A stretch of DNA of 64,000 nucleotides from a virus: IMG/VR virus record IMGVR_UViG_3300042907_001518, positions 36,502-100,501 of that record. One strand, written 5' to 3'. Made by a program: the position numbers and the translations under genes. The notes under the pieces are model-generated. The model was not told the origin of the DNA. It made no database searches and worked only from the letters and a program-made list of their open reading frames with translations. Position 1 is the first letter of the stretch, and each line of letters opens with the position of its first letter. This document shows positions 1 through 10,948 of this stretch, one piece after another.

Positions 1-1011
1 CCCAGCGATGCCTTGTTGCCCTTGAGTACCTTGTGATCCAGTAACTCCCTGTTGTCCTTGAGTGCCTTGAGATCCAACACTTCCCTGACTTCCCACAGAT
101 CCCTGAGAACCAGTAGCACCTTGGATTCCCTGAGTACCCTGATTGCCTACACTACCTTGGGTTCCTTGACTTCCTTGACTTCCAATTGTTCCTTGAGTAC
201 CTTGACTACCAACCAATCCCTGTGATCCTATAGAACCCTGACTACCAGTGCTTCCTTGAGATCCTATTGTACCCTGTGAACCTTGAGAACCAACACTTCC
301 CTGACTACCAGCATTTCCTTGAGAACCAGTTAAGCCTTGACTTCCAACTATACCTTGTGTACCATTGCTTCCTTGACTTCCTGTGGCACCTTGTGTTCCT
401 TGACTTCCTTGGTTACCTACTGATCCCTGTGATCCGATAGTTCCTTGTGTTCCCTGATTTCCGCTAGTACCCTGTGAGCCAGTCGCTCCTTGACTACCAA
501 TAAAACCTTGTGTTCCTTGGTTTCCAATCATACCTTGTGTGCCGCTACTGCCTTGACTTCCTATGGCTCCTTGACTACCATTGTTTCCGGTATTGCCTTG
601 AGTTCCTTGTAATCCTATTAACCCTTGACTACCCGTATTACCTTGTGAGCCAGTCAATCCTTGACTTCCGATACCTCCTTGAATACCCTGATTGCCAAGA
701 TTACCTTGAACGCCCTGAATTCCATTTATTCCTTGAGATCCAATATTTCCTTGAATTCCTTGAATACCCTGCATACCAAGTGGACCTTGAATACCAGTAG
801 TTCCTTGAATACTATCAGTAATAGTAATATCAGTAGCACCTATTTGTTCAACAACTATAGCTATTGTGCTATCTGCGGTATTTGTTTGTATATCCAGAGA
901 TGTGGTTTGATCTGTAGATAAATTAGGAGTATTATCTGTTAAAATAAAACCATTAGTAGAAATTTCAATATTATTTTCTGGAATAATATCGACAGTAACA
1001 TTAAAGTCCAT
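1..1011 (-). CDS. Collagen-like (Gly-X-Y) fibre protein, runs off the window start
   Basis: Minus-strand frame from ATG at 1011 reads MDFNVTVDIIPENNIEIST...QGTTGIQG, then continuous G-x-Q-G-x-x triplets (9-bp 'ccttg' periodicity over ~1-810). Not in the ORF track because it has no stop in the window. Confidence 0.85.
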   Translation of the reverse strand, partial: MDFNVTVDIIPENNIEISTNGFILTDNTPNLSTDQTTSLDIQTNTADSTIAIVVEQIGATDITITDSIQGTTGIQGPLGMQGIQGIQGNIGSQGINGIQGVQGNLGNQGIQGGIGSQGLTGSQGNTGSQGLIGLQGTQGNTGNNGSQGAIGSQGSSGTQGMIGNQGTQGFIGSQGATGSQGTSGNQGTQGTIGSQGSVGNQGSQGTQGATGSQGSNGTQGIVGSQGLTGSQGNAGSQGSVGSQGSQGTIGSQGSTGSQGSIGSQGLVGSQGTQGTIGSQGSQGTQGSVGNQGTQGIQGATGSQGSVGSQGSVGSQGTQGQQGVTGSQGTQGQQGIAG

Positions 1012-1014
1012 ATA

Positions 1015-1413
1015 TTAGCATTCTAATAATGTGTTAGAATTACTGTATCTACTGTTTATACTAACAATACCATATAGAATTCTAATTGTTTCTTTACCTC
1101 CACCAACATATAAATCATCGTCCGATTGTAGTTCTAGATCATACCTAGCACTTTTAAATATAAAGTCATTAGTTATACTGGCTGGTAATAATAGGGTAAG
1201 TTTACCATTTGCTCCATCAATAGTAAAACTATATAAATCAGGGTCAATATTATCTGTGGTAAAAGTTTCTGTAGTTCCAGTATTAGTGACCCATGTTAAT
1301 CTAGCACACCAATTAGTAATATCAATAACATTATGATTTTGATCTTTATAAACTAAACTAAGCCTAAATGAAGTACCTTGTTCTATAGTAAAATCATATT
1401 TGCTAGCTGGCAT
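1015..1413 (-). CDS. Putative virion structural protein
   Basis: YDFTIEQGTSF...YDLEL motif style common in phage virion proteins; lies between capsid and fibre genes. Confidence 0.55.
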   Translation of the reverse strand: MPASKYDFTIEQGTSFRLSLVYKDQNHNVIDITNWCARLTWVTNTGTTETFTTDNIDPDLYSFTIDGANGKLTLLLPASITNDFIFKSARYDLELQSDDDLYVGGGKETIRILYGIVSINSRYSNSNTLLEC

Positions 1414-1458
1414 AATATATCCCTCTTCAGATGTAATAAACTATATTATAATACACCT

Positions 1459-1492
1459 AAAAAAAAAGGCCAGCCTTGCGGCTGACCTTCTT
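1459..1492 (-). terminator. Intrinsic terminator after the major capsid gene
   Basis: Minus strand AAGGTCAGCC-GCAA-GGCTGGCC followed by a T run. Confidence 0.8.
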
Positions 1493-1515
1493 TTATTGGC
1501 GTTAAAGTCCGAGGA

Positions 1516-2544
1516 TCAAAGAGCGCCAAGTAGTACTCTGCGGTTATCAAGAACAGCAAAGCCTTGCTCAGCCCAGCCATAGAAACCAGCTCTCTTTTGA
1601 CGATGAAGAGTATCATCTTCGAAGATTTGAACTTCTTGACGAACTGGCATTATGAAACTGTCTCTCTTGCGTAGATCAAGACCAACAACAATCTCAACCT
1701 TATCATTAGCGCTATCACCACCGGCGTTCTGTGGTAGTGTGCCACCAAGGACGTTGCTGTAGAATAGTTGATATTGTTGACCTTCACCTAGCTCATCACG
1801 ATCATGGAGATTGATACCGAAGACACGGTTTAGAGTGCCATCAGCAGCAGTGTAAATCTCACGACGAGTTACTTCGTCGATTTGATCAAGACCCCAATTG
1901 CGGATGTCTTCCATAGCCTCTGGACTAACATAGAGGTCGGTTAACATGCCACGGTTATTACTGGCGGAGTTACCACCACCGTTTCTGCGCATTACTGTCT
2001 TCATGAGACTGACTAATCTCTTGCTGAATAAGCCAGGATTAGCATCAGTATCATAAACTACGATGTTACGATCAACACCAGCAGCAAGAAGTGTATGCCA
2101 GCCGTCATCATTCATCTTCTTAACAAATTGGGCTTCGAGAACTTCCATAGCACGACCAACAACGTCCCAACGGGCGTCACGGGCATACTTTAGAAGATAA
2201 TCGATACTAGCGCCAATGTCATAGGTTGGAACCATGACATAATCGCCTTCAACATGCTTCTGTGGAATATAACCATGATTTGGGATGGTATAAGCCACAA
2301 AGTCTTTTTCAGTACCTGGAGCAAGAAAGTCTAATGGAAACTCTGGAGTGGCACTTTGGGCCAATGCGATTGGCTCGAAAATGTCATCTAGAATATTGCC
2401 ACTAAGGACGCCTTGACGAAGTGGAAGTTCAAGAGCCTTAGCAAATTCATGATTTGCGGCTAATGCTTCCTCTTTGTGTAACGAACCAGACTTAACGAGA
2501 AGGTCTGTTAGTTCTGGTGTGGGTTCAAATTTTCTATTGGACAT
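1516..2544 (-). CDS. Major capsid protein (probable HK97 fold)
   Basis: ~342 aa, strong RBS (AAGGGAG) before ATG 2544, canonical order portal-protease-decoration-MCP, followed by a terminator. Confidence 0.8.
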   Translation of the reverse strand: MSNRKFEPTPELTDLLVKSGSLHKEEALAANHEFAKALELPLRQGVLSGNILDDIFEPIALAQSATPEFPLDFLAPGTEKDFVAYTIPNHGYIPQKHVEGDYVMVPTYDIGASIDYLLKYARDARWDVVGRAMEVLEAQFVKKMNDDGWHTLLAAGVDRNIVVYDTDANPGLFSKRLVSLMKTVMRRNGGGNSASNNRGMLTDLYVSPEAMEDIRNWGLDQIDEVTRREIYTAADGTLNRVFGINLHDRDELGEGQQYQLFYSNVLGGTLPQNAGGDSANDKVEIVVGLDLRKRDSFIMPVRQEVQIFEDDTLHRQKRAGFYGWAEQGFAVLDNRRVLLGAL

Positions 2545-2558
2545 GTTTTTCTCCCTTA

Positions 2559-3017
2559 TCAAGTTATATTAATGTCTACTTTGATGTAACCATCAGCATC
2601 TTTAACGCTCAAGAAACGACCTACTTTAACACTATTTGTGCTAACGTTGGTTAGTTTACCGTTTGCACCGTAGTAAGTATCTTCACCGATGGCTGGACTG
2701 ACTCCAGAAACAACCATATTAGTTGTTACTTGACCCTGACGAAGAAGTGTTACCTTACTGCCAGTCTGAACTTCGTCTTTGTGCCAATTGATGTGCTGTC
2801 TTGTAAGATCAAGACTTACAACATCATTTAGCAATAAGCCAGCTGGTTTTGTACCAGACTGTGAGGCAGAAACTGTTACTAGGGCGAGTGAATCGTCCAT
2901 AGCAACGCCGCTACCGCCAGTACTGTGTACAACAACAACACCACGCTCTGCTGATGCGTCATTGCAGAAGAACGAAATATCTGTGTATGCTTCAACGCGA
3001 TCTGATTTTAAAGCCAT
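2559..3017 (-). CDS. Head decoration/cement protein
   Basis: 152 aa beta-rich protein immediately upstream of the MCP. Confidence 0.6.
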   Translation of the reverse strand: MALKSDRVEAYTDISFFCNDASAERGVVVVHSTGGSGVAMDDSLALVTVSASQSGTKPAGLLLNDVVSLDLTRQHINWHKDEVQTGSKVTLLRQGQVTTNMVVSGVSPAIGEDTYYGANGKLTNVSTNSVKVGRFLSVKDADGYIKVDINIT

Positions 3018-3019
3018 TT

Positions 3020-4501
3020 TTACTCTCCCTTATTAAGTTTTTTACCTAGTCTAATACAAACAAAGTCAACTAAGGCAGCTCTTGTATTCTGCATTTCTGA
3101 TTCTGTTTCGCTACCAACGCTTAGATCAATCTCTTGATCGTTAGTCTCAACGTTTTCTAAAGCGAGCGAAACATCTTCGGTTTTTGCCTCAGTTTCTTCT
3201 GCTTTAGTATCTTCAACACTTGCTGCTGGTTGAACGGTCTTTACAGAAGCTAAAAGTGATGTCATACTTGCGAATGTGTCATCATCTAGTGTTTCGAATT
3301 TTTCAACTGTGGCACTAGCTATTTCTTCTGTTACGCCATTCTCAAGAAGAGTGGCCATTCTTTTCATCTTCTTTTCTTTCTTGGCCATTTCTTCTTCTTT
3401 CATCTTATAACCAGCTAAAGCTTCATTAGCAACTTGTAGTTCGTTAATTGCAGCACTAAGGGCAGCTTTCATTTTTTCCATTTCTTCTTCCTTCTTCTTC
3501 TTCATCATCATATCTTCTGCCATCTTCTTTGCTGCTTCTGTCTGCTCATCAGTTACTGGAGTCACTTCTTCTACCACTACTGTTTCGGCAACTTGAGCCT
3601 CAACAACCGTTGTGACTTCGTTTTCTGGCTGAGCGACTTCGGATTCAATACTCATATTTGTCTCCTTTAAATTGGCTTGATTTGAAAATACACCTTCTTT
3701 TATAAAATCGTCATTTTTTTCTTCTATATTTTTAGTAAAAGCAATCTCTTTATCGAAATGCAAACTGTCTTTTGTAAAAATAATACTTTCTGGATTAGCG
3801 GGTCTATTAACAAAACCCTTACCAGAAAACGTAATTTGTCTTAGTACTCTACCAATCTTATAGTCTTGATGTTCACCTTGTCCACCATAGGCCCTTAAGT
3901 GTCTTGTTAAGAAAGCCGTTTCTTCATTTCTTGGTAAAACATGAAATTTACCAGTACTCTTATTAATTAATCCATAGTCAAATCCCTTAAAAAAGCACTC
4001 CATGCTAACATACTTATTACCTGATTCAATTTCTTCTATTAATGTTGAGGCTCTATCTTTGAGTTCTGGTTCTGTATAACCTGTATAAATTACTGATCCA
4101 GTAAGAATGTGAAATTTTTCTGGTAATTGATCTAGGTTAATATTTTCATTAATTAATTCACCATCATCATTGATTGGCCAATTAGATGTGATGTGGCCAA
4201 CTATCGCGGCTTCATCGTGTTCCAGATTGGTTGGTTTGTGTGTTGGTGTGGATCTGGCTAGCCAAACTTCTTTAGCGTCAAAAATATCATCATTTTTGTT
4301 CCAAGAAGTAGTTACTAAAATAGATTGAGTATAGTATAGGTCGGTATCCTCAATACCGGCCAAAGCTTTCACATTTTGTTTTAGTTGGGAATTATGTACT
4401 TCGTGATCAGATTTTTCTAATAGCGAAGCATAAACAATAGAGGATTTTGCAGAAAGAGCTTCTGATAATCCGGCATCAACTTCTGCTTTATATATTTGCA
4501 T
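3020..4501 (-). CDS. Prohead protease-scaffold fusion
   Basis: N-terminal globular domain (NLEH..IVGH, VSMECFF, FSGKGFVNRPANPES) plus acidic coiled-coil C-terminus; between portal and MCP. Confidence 0.65.
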   Translation of the reverse strand: MQIYKAEVDAGLSEALSAKSSIVYASLLEKSDHEVHNSQLKQNVKALAGIEDTDLYYTQSILVTTSWNKNDDIFDAKEVWLARSTPTHKPTNLEHDEAAIVGHITSNWPINDDGELINENINLDQLPEKFHILTGSVIYTGYTEPELKDRASTLIEEIESGNKYVSMECFFKGFDYGLINKSTGKFHVLPRNEETAFLTRHLRAYGGQGEHQDYKIGRVLRQITFSGKGFVNRPANPESIIFTKDSLHFDKEIAFTKNIEEKNDDFIKEGVFSNQANLKETNMSIESEVAQPENEVTTVVEAQVAETVVVEEVTPVTDEQTEAAKKMAEDMMMKKKKEEEMEKMKAALSAAINELQVANEALAGYKMKEEEMAKKEKKMKRMATLLENGVTEEIASATVEKFETLDDDTFASMTSLLASVKTVQPAASVEDTKAEETEAKTEDVSLALENVETNDQEIDLSVGSETESEMQNTRAALVDFVCIRLGKKLNKGE

Positions 4502-4523
4502 GTTTAACTCTCAAAAGTTAAGT

Positions 4524-6719
4524 TTACTTCGAAGAATACACCGTTTGATAAAAATAGGCTTTAGTATACTTTAATTCTTCTGTGTTAGGTGTTCGATCCA
4601 TTTCTCTGGCCACATTTTTAATTAGCTCATTATATTGGTGGCTTTTTAAGTTAATGTCAATACTATTGATAGTATTGAGTTTTGATAAAACTAGATCTTC
4701 GCTAATTGTGATTAGTGGTTCTAATGAAAAAAAGATTTTAGTTTTGGTAGCTTCTGCTTCGTCATATTCAGCGTTAGATAGACTACGCATATTTTTCTTG
4801 CCATAAAATTCTAGTAGATGTGGATTCAATACTTCTGAGATTTTATCTTGTGCTTCAATGGCCCAAAGTTGTAAAGATGCTCCGGTTTGAGGACTAAATG
4901 TTTTAGTTTTTCTCTTTTCTGTATCTTTGCTATTTTTTGGACGGCCCTGCTGGGGTTGTCCCGGAGTTTTAGTGGATATTGGTTGACCACCACCAAATGG
5001 AGAACCACCAGTTGGTGTTTTCATTTCTAGTGCGCTTTTTTCGTTTGGTTTTTTACGATCCAAGTCTAAACCAACTTGACTAGGAGCAACAATACCAGTT
5101 TGTAAAGCAATCTTTTTAAGATTATCTTCAAGTTGTGGACTAAAGTAAGGACCAGCTTTTGGAACCATTCTTTCACTATCTCTTTGCTTGTTTTCTCTGT
5201 TGAGTCTGGTTTTCTCCATATCTGGATCAAAACCAAATACTCTTTGTAGTAATTCATCACTAACAATATTTCTATCTGCTAGTTGGATGAGCAGTGCCTT
5301 CTCTGCGTCTTCATTACTAAGATCCATTCTATCAAATTCAATTTTAGCTGGAAATCTAAATCCCATAGCCTTTTGTACTATAGCAATTTCTTGTTTCCAA
5401 AATGCCGTTAGTACTTTGCGACCATATTGTAGTCTTTGTGTTAGTGTTTTTAGACTGATAAAATTATTGGTAGTACCAGCAGCGCCATATGTGCCAGTTA
5501 GTGTTGGTGGAATACCAAGACCAGCATAAATACTATTTAAGTGAGGAGTATATTTGCCTTCACCTAGGAATTGATGGACTGATGTTTTACTTTCTATTAA
5601 CTCAAGATCTGGACCCCAAACAAGATCCATTGTGCCACCACCAACGTTACCTTGTAGAATACTGCTAAGTTTACTAGCAGCAGCTTGTGTTGGAGCAATC
5701 TTGTGCTCAAGACTACCTAATTTAAAAATACGAATATTGCTAATAGCACCATCAAGAGCAGCCAAGTCTGCTAGTTTAAGTTTTTCAACAATAGCAATAT
5801 CATCCATGATACTATAGATCATTGGAAAGGCCCAGGTCTTCCAGTCATCTTTTTTATAATGGAATACCAATGTCTTTTCTGTATCAAGCAAATATGGTTT
5901 CTTGCTTTTGGCTGCTTCAATGATAGCGGATGGTAATTGATCTATGATTTTTTGCTCTGCTTCATTTTTTGGAGCATTAATAATTCTTCTAAGAGTTGCT
6001 GGTATTGTAATTGTATATGTTTTATCACCAACAAAAGAGGATAAAGAAGCACCAACCACATCCACAACCCTTGGATCAATAAAAGTATATTTCCAAGGAA
6101 TTTCTCTTTTTTCTACTCTGATTTCATCAGTGTTAATAACAAGATCTGGACTAGCAACACTCTTGTAAAGATTATCAGCAACCTTAACACTTATCTTAGC
6201 TGTTTGTCTATTCACAACAACATTACCAACCCTATATAGATTATTTAGAAAACGCTCGCTGCGTTCCTCACCCCTCACTTTTTCAAACCAATTTCTATAA
6301 AATCTTTCGATACGCTTATTTGGGTGAACTAGTCTAATGCCCTGAGAACCAAAGTCGCCCATAAGATCAACAACATTTTTTACCAAACCAACTCTGTTAT
6401 AGACTTGATCAGCCATAGCAAAAATGGCTTTTATTTCTGTGGGTATTGCTTCGTCTGGACGAAAATAGTCATAATCGCTTCTGGTGAGTCCTGGTCTACC
6501 AGAGGTCAGTCCATCAAGATTCATGAAATTACGGAAACGGCTAGTCGCAGCAGTGGCCTTATTGGTCACTATTCCAAATTCTTCTAATCCTTTACTAGCT
6601 TCATTTAATGCTTCTTTTTTACTCTCTAGAGTATCATCCCATGTAACATACGCATTTTCAGGAATAATATTAGAAGCTGTTGGTATAGAATCGCTTTTTG
6701 GATATTTTTTTCTTGGCAT
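4524..6719 (-). CDS. Portal protein
   Basis: ~730 aa directly after the terminase; AGLGIPPTLTG and low-complexity C-tail with GRP motif typical of large-phage portals. Confidence 0.75.
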   Translation of the reverse strand: MPRKKYPKSDSIPTASNIIPENAYVTWDDTLESKKEALNEASKGLEEFGIVTNKATAATSRFRNFMNLDGLTSGRPGLTRSDYDYFRPDEAIPTEIKAIFAMADQVYNRVGLVKNVVDLMGDFGSQGIRLVHPNKRIERFYRNWFEKVRGEERSERFLNNLYRVGNVVVNRQTAKISVKVADNLYKSVASPDLVINTDEIRVEKREIPWKYTFIDPRVVDVVGASLSSFVGDKTYTITIPATLRRIINAPKNEAEQKIIDQLPSAIIEAAKSKKPYLLDTEKTLVFHYKKDDWKTWAFPMIYSIMDDIAIVEKLKLADLAALDGAISNIRIFKLGSLEHKIAPTQAAASKLSSILQGNVGGGTMDLVWGPDLELIESKTSVHQFLGEGKYTPHLNSIYAGLGIPPTLTGTYGAAGTTNNFISLKTLTQRLQYGRKVLTAFWKQEIAIVQKAMGFRFPAKIEFDRMDLSNEDAEKALLIQLADRNIVSDELLQRVFGFDPDMEKTRLNRENKQRDSERMVPKAGPYFSPQLEDNLKKIALQTGIVAPSQVGLDLDRKKPNEKSALEMKTPTGGSPFGGGQPISTKTPGQPQQGRPKNSKDTEKRKTKTFSPQTGASLQLWAIEAQDKISEVLNPHLLEFYGKKNMRSLSNAEYDEAEATKTKIFFSLEPLITISEDLVLSKLNTINSIDINLKSHQYNELIKNVAREMDRTPNTEELKYTKAYFYQTVYSSK

Positions 6720-6770
6720 AATAGGTATTGTAATAGGTATTGTAATGGGTTTACTAAGTAAGTACACTAT

Positions 6771-8795
6771 TTATCGATAAATCCCACCATATATATTAGT
6801 GTTTGCGGCTTCTGTAAACCAGTTTGGTCCTTTATACATTTGACCGTTTGTTTTTCCAACATCAGCCAAATTATTACCAATAACATCAAATGTTGTTGGT
6901 TGTAAATTTCTGCTCATTTGACGTGCTAACATATTTGCTATTATTAAAGCACTATATCGGTCTTTTCTTAGTTTACCCCTTTTACCATTAGGAAGTTTAA
7001 CCTCTGGAGTGTCCCATCTATCTCTAGCATTTGGACCAGTACTAGTTTGACTCATAATAATAGTGGTTAATTCGTTCTTAAGTTCTTCTATTTCTAATAT
7101 GCATTCGCTTTCACAATCATATAAATTAGTAAGTTCTGTTGTCATAATATCTTTATTTTCTTTGTCTAAAGCAAGAGCGAGCGTTATCTGATCGAATCTT
7201 GGAAATAATAATATTTTATCTTCTAGATCTTTTCTTAATCCATGATTAGCTTGTGCTGTCCAATCTGCTCTCGCAAACTGTACTAACTCTAGGATATGTA
7301 ATCCAGACTGATCATCAGTATCCTTGGACTTATTTATATCTATAATGGGCCAGATTAAAGATTCGCCTTCTTCTATTTTGCCTGGATCGTGAAGCGCTTC
7401 TTCTATAGCCACACCACCACCCTGAGCATCCATCCCTATTCTTGCACAAGGAAAGGTTCGCATTAGATTACGAATCTTGCGAGCACAAAATCCATAAAAG
7501 TCATGCTCGTTTACTAATCCGGTTTTTTGACGATCTTTAAAGTTTGATCTATTGGTTGTCCATCCGTATACAACCCTATTATGATCGGGATGAACCTCTA
7601 GTATAATTATACTAAAGTTATCTTTTTCACTCGCTGGATCAATTCCATAGACGTATTGAAGGTTAGCATTTCCCTTGGTACTAACATCAAACAACACAGG
7701 ATTACCAGACATAACAATTGGTTTATTCTCATTTACCACACAACTTTCTATTAATGATCGACGGAAGAATCCATCACTATCTTCTGTGAAACATGCCGCA
7801 TATTCCATATTATAGATACCAGTATGAATCGTGGCTTTTGCTCGACTAACTTGTTTATCATCCATAAAACCCTTGGGAATAAGTTCGTATGGAACGCGAA
7901 CGATACTATAATCTTGCCAATTAAAGCTATCTGGAACTTCACCTTTAAAAATTTCCTCTAATTTATGTTTGTCTCCACGACTATTAATAATAGATTTGTA
8001 TCTTTTCCAATACTGAGAAAAATGTTTAAAGCTATAATCTGCGGTGCCAGCAATAATAGCTTGATTACCCTTTTTAATTTGTACTGCTTCTAATTCATCT
8101 GTCCATAATCCGGCTTGTCTCATAGCTGCTTTTTTCGCTTCTTCTTTAACGTTTTGGATTGGACTAGCACTCACAGCAGCGAAGCCTGATACTACTGTTT
8201 CATAAATGTCGGGAGATATTGATGCGAACTCGTCTGCGATGATAATGTGTGCTCTTAAACCTCTGATCTTACTACCGTCGCCCATAGGAACCGCGATTGT
8301 CCAACTCTCGCCCAGTCTCATTGTGCATCTATCAACATCTCGACGCGGACCATCATCGTTTCCATTAAAGATGCTGCGCAATATGGGACTATTACGCCAC
8401 AAAGTTTCCATATATTCGAATATGATTTTACTCTGTCTGAAAGCGGCACCAACCACAACTATTTTGGTTCCGGGAACGAGCATGCAACGTAACGTAGAAT
8501 ATAGTGCCATTAAAAAGCTTTTACCAAAACCACGACTCGCCACGAACATGGGAAACGGACGAATCCAAAACTCTTGTAGTATAGCTATCTGAATAGGATG
8601 AAGTTCTATATCAAATAATAGTTTCGCTGTAGTACCAAAATATTTAGGATCTTTTAATAGTCGTAATAAATGAAGATCAGGATTTTCTATATCTTCTTTG
8701 GATCTACCAAGCATATGATTGATAGGTATTTGTATTTTGCTAAGATCTCCAAGCCCTAGCCAAGCATCATCAAATGTTAGTATTTTTTGATCCAT
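6771..8795 (-). CDS. Terminase large subunit
   Basis: Walker A ASRGFGKS, Walker B IIIADE after IRGLRA, RNase H-like GIDPA and C-terminal KDRYSA. Confidence 0.9.
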   Translation of the reverse strand: MDQKILTFDDAWLGLGDLSKIQIPINHMLGRSKEDIENPDLHLLRLLKDPKYFGTTAKLLFDIELHPIQIAILQEFWIRPFPMFVASRGFGKSFLMALYSTLRCMLVPGTKIVVVGAAFRQSKIIFEYMETLWRNSPILRSIFNGNDDGPRRDVDRCTMRLGESWTIAVPMGDGSKIRGLRAHIIIADEFASISPDIYETVVSGFAAVSASPIQNVKEEAKKAAMRQAGLWTDELEAVQIKKGNQAIIAGTADYSFKHFSQYWKRYKSIINSRGDKHKLEEIFKGEVPDSFNWQDYSIVRVPYELIPKGFMDDKQVSRAKATIHTGIYNMEYAACFTEDSDGFFRRSLIESCVVNENKPIVMSGNPVLFDVSTKGNANLQYVYGIDPASEKDNFSIIILEVHPDHNRVVYGWTTNRSNFKDRQKTGLVNEHDFYGFCARKIRNLMRTFPCARIGMDAQGGGVAIEEALHDPGKIEEGESLIWPIIDINKSKDTDDQSGLHILELVQFARADWTAQANHGLRKDLEDKILLFPRFDQITLALALDKENKDIMTTELTNLYDCESECILEIEELKNELTTIIMSQTSTGPNARDRWDTPEVKLPNGKRGKLRKDRYSALIIANMLARQMSRNLQPTTFDVIGNNLADVGKTNGQMYKGPNWFTEAANTNIYGGIYR

Positions 8796-9246
8796 ATTTT
8801 TCGTATATTCTTTTCATGATACTTACTGCGGTACGTTCAGCATTTTCAGCATCGCCACAGAATAGTATGTGAATGTTATGATTTAATTGAGCTTCTACAA
8901 GATACTTCATTATATAATTGCCACTAATTCTTAATTTATCCCACATCTTTTTTGGAATATCGCTGCCCACGGGAAACTGATAAATTTCTTCTAATTCAAA
9001 TTCCATAAGCATAAAACTGTGTGGTATTTGGCCCATTCTTTGCAACACATCTTTGAATCGACTTTCGCTTATATTATTAGCAATTTCACTAACGCTTCGT
9101 TTTCGCTCTATTGTGAAAATATTTTCGAATCCCACCATACTATAATCGCCCGTGTCTAGCTTTTGTTCGCTAGTGGTGTGAAAACCAAATTCCCACGGTA
9201 TTTGTTCTCGTGTATCCACGATAATAGTAAAAGGATCTCGTGTCAT
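8770..9246 (-). CDS. ERCC4/XPF-family nuclease
   Basis: IIVDTREQ, GDYS and IERKR motifs. Confidence 0.8.
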   Translation of the reverse strand: MTRDPFTIIVDTREQIPWEFGFHTTSEQKLDTGDYSMVGFENIFTIERKRSVSEIANNISESRFKDVLQRMGQIPHSFMLMEFELEEIYQFPVGSDIPKKMWDKLRISGNYIMKYLVEAQLNHNIHILFCGDAENAERTAVSIMKRIYEKYGSKNTNI

Positions 9247-9515
9247 TGATTCTTAAGTTTCTGTAATACTAAAGATAAGAAAAATCCTTCATAGTTTTCT
9301 TCGTTATCTTTAATTAGGTCATGATGAATTTTGCAGAGAGAAATTCCGTTGTTTGTATTGTATCGTAAGCCGGGAAAATCGGCCCACTTTTTAATATGAT
9401 GGGCGTGTATTTTCTTTTTGCTATTACAGTGTGGCCACTGACAGGTGTTTTTATCTCTTGTGCGAATATCCTGTCTCCATTTTTTATATTGAGGATCATT
9501 ATAGTTCCTGGTCAT
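9243..9515 (-). CDS. Small HNH endonuclease (packaging-associated)
   Basis: RDKNTCQWPHC...HAHHI...NGISLCKIHH. Confidence 0.85.
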   Translation of the reverse strand: MTRNYNDPQYKKWRQDIRTRDKNTCQWPHCNSKKKIHAHHIKKWADFPGLRYNTNNGISLCKIHHDLIKDNEENYEGFFLSLVLQKLKNQ

Positions 9516-10317
9516 TAACTTCTAAAGCCTCTGGACTAAGTATGGGTGAGTCAACACTGTTATCAGCATATTGATGAAATTCGTGCAATGTTCGTTTAGC
9601 TTTTTCTGTGGCCAAGGCGATAATCTCCATTTCTCGTCCTTCTTTTTCTCTTATAGCTTCGTCTTCTAGCATTCGTATTAAACCAACCCAACTACTTTTA
9701 CCATCCTCTATTCTTTTAATGCGCTGTTCACGAGTGGCCTTTAAATCTTTGCTTATCTTTTGTTGTTCGTTTAAAAGTTTAGTATATTCATTAGTATAAC
9801 TAGCAATACTATTTCGTGCAAAATTTAATTGAGTTTCTAAGTTGGCTAATCGGGGAATATCTCTTTGATCCTCTGGCTTTTCATATTCTTTGTCTACTAA
9901 TTTTTGTAGTTTCTCGGTCTCGGCAATATGACGCTTTCGTTCTTTCATGCTACGATTAATTAATATATCAATAGTGATAAATTGTTTAATTTGAAGTTCT
10001 TCAGCGGGTAAAACGTCCTCTCGAAATTGTTTAATTAGGCCAACCCACGTATCCTCAAAATACTGTAACTCGCCCGTATCCTCATCAAACTGCCTCACCA
10101 CCTCGGTCCAGAAAGTTTTGCTGCGTAACTTGCGCTTGAGAATCTCGTTTTCGCTCTTGTCATCTAAGCTATAGAGTTGATTTTCATCAATATATCGTTT
10201 GATAGGATCCACATTGCGATTAAGAGTATCCGCAATATCTTCTATAGTTAATATGTTAATATTTTCAGTGATGAATTTTTCTTCATCTAAGCTGAGTTGT
10301 CCGCGTTTTTTAGCCAT
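9499..10317 (-). CDS. Hypothetical protein, candidate terminase small subunit
   Basis: N-terminal HTH-like segment (TIEDIADTLNR) plus long coiled coil, upstream of terL. Confidence 0.4.
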   Translation of the reverse strand: MAKKRGQLSLDEEKFITENINILTIEDIADTLNRNVDPIKRYIDENQLYSLDDKSENEILKRKLRSKTFWTEVVRQFDEDTGELQYFEDTWVGLIKQFREDVLPAEELQIKQFITIDILINRSMKERKRHIAETEKLQKLVDKEYEKPEDQRDIPRLANLETQLNFARNSIASYTNEYTKLLNEQQKISKDLKATREQRIKRIEDGKSSWVGLIRMLEDEAIREKEGREMEIIALATEKAKRTLHEFHQYADNSVDSPILSPEALEVNDQEL

Positions 10318-10948
10318 GATCACTTATTATTTGTTTGAGTTTAATAGATAGTTTATCCATATCGCTTTTGCTAACTTTAGCGCCCCCTTTGACTCTTAAG
10401 TAAATTATACGATCTTCGCCAGTAAGATAGGTTTCACACAGTTTTAATATTTCGTTAGTCGCAATATTATTAAATAATGAACTTTCATCGCTACTAAAAG
10501 CGTTACCATAATCTTTAACTTCGTCTATTGTGGTAAGATGCATAAGATTCTTTTTGGTGTTGTTTCTATTAATCCAAGATGAATATAAGGAGCAATCATC
10601 TTTGTTAGAGTATTCTTCACAAGCGCTGGTGCTTTTTTTGCAGTGAGGATCGTAGAGTGGACAACTCAAACATGGTTTGTCGGGCCTTTGATAATTGTCT
10701 CGTTTATAGTTAAACAACCGATTGCGAACGTGGGTCCATAAAAAGTTTTCTAGGGGCCTTTTGCTGTCGTAATTTTTTAATCCTTCCAGAGCAAAAATGC
10801 TGATTTGCTGTTTCATATCATCAAAGTCGTGATATCCAAATTTAAATTTATATGCTAATTTTTTTGCTATTATATCAACGATATTAAGAAATTCAGTTTC
10901 ATCAACCTTCTTGTTCTGAGCTATTGTTTTCTTCGTTTTCTTTTTCAT
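10310..10948 (-). CDS. Phage sigma-70-like factor with Cys-rich insertion
   Basis: Region-2-like DDMKQQISIFALEGLKNYD..LENFLWTHVRNRLFNYKR, then CLSC..HC..C..C insertion and a short region-4-like end. Confidence 0.7.
   Translation of the reverse strand: MKKKTKKTIAQNKKVDETEFLNIVDIIAKKLAYKFKFGYHDFDDMKQQISIFALEGLKNYDSKRPLENFLWTHVRNRLFNYKRDNYQRPDKPCLSCPLYDPHCKKSTSACEEYSNKDDCSLYSSWINRNNTKKNLMHLTTIDEVKDYGNAFSSDESSLFNNIATNEILKLCETYLTGEDRIIYLRVKGGAKVSKSDMDKLSIKLKQIISDHG

Noticed and set aside
1-810. 9-bp periodic DNA repeat as a non-coding tandem repeat
   Set aside because: Fully explained by Gly-X-Y coding on the minus strand.
510-921. Plus-strand ORFs 510-800 and 661-921
   Set aside because: Shadow frames of the minus-strand collagen-repeat gene.
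6720-6752. 12-bp tandem repeat (TAGGTATTGTAA) upstream of the portal start
   Set aside because: About 2.5 copies; probably slippage, with no supportable function.
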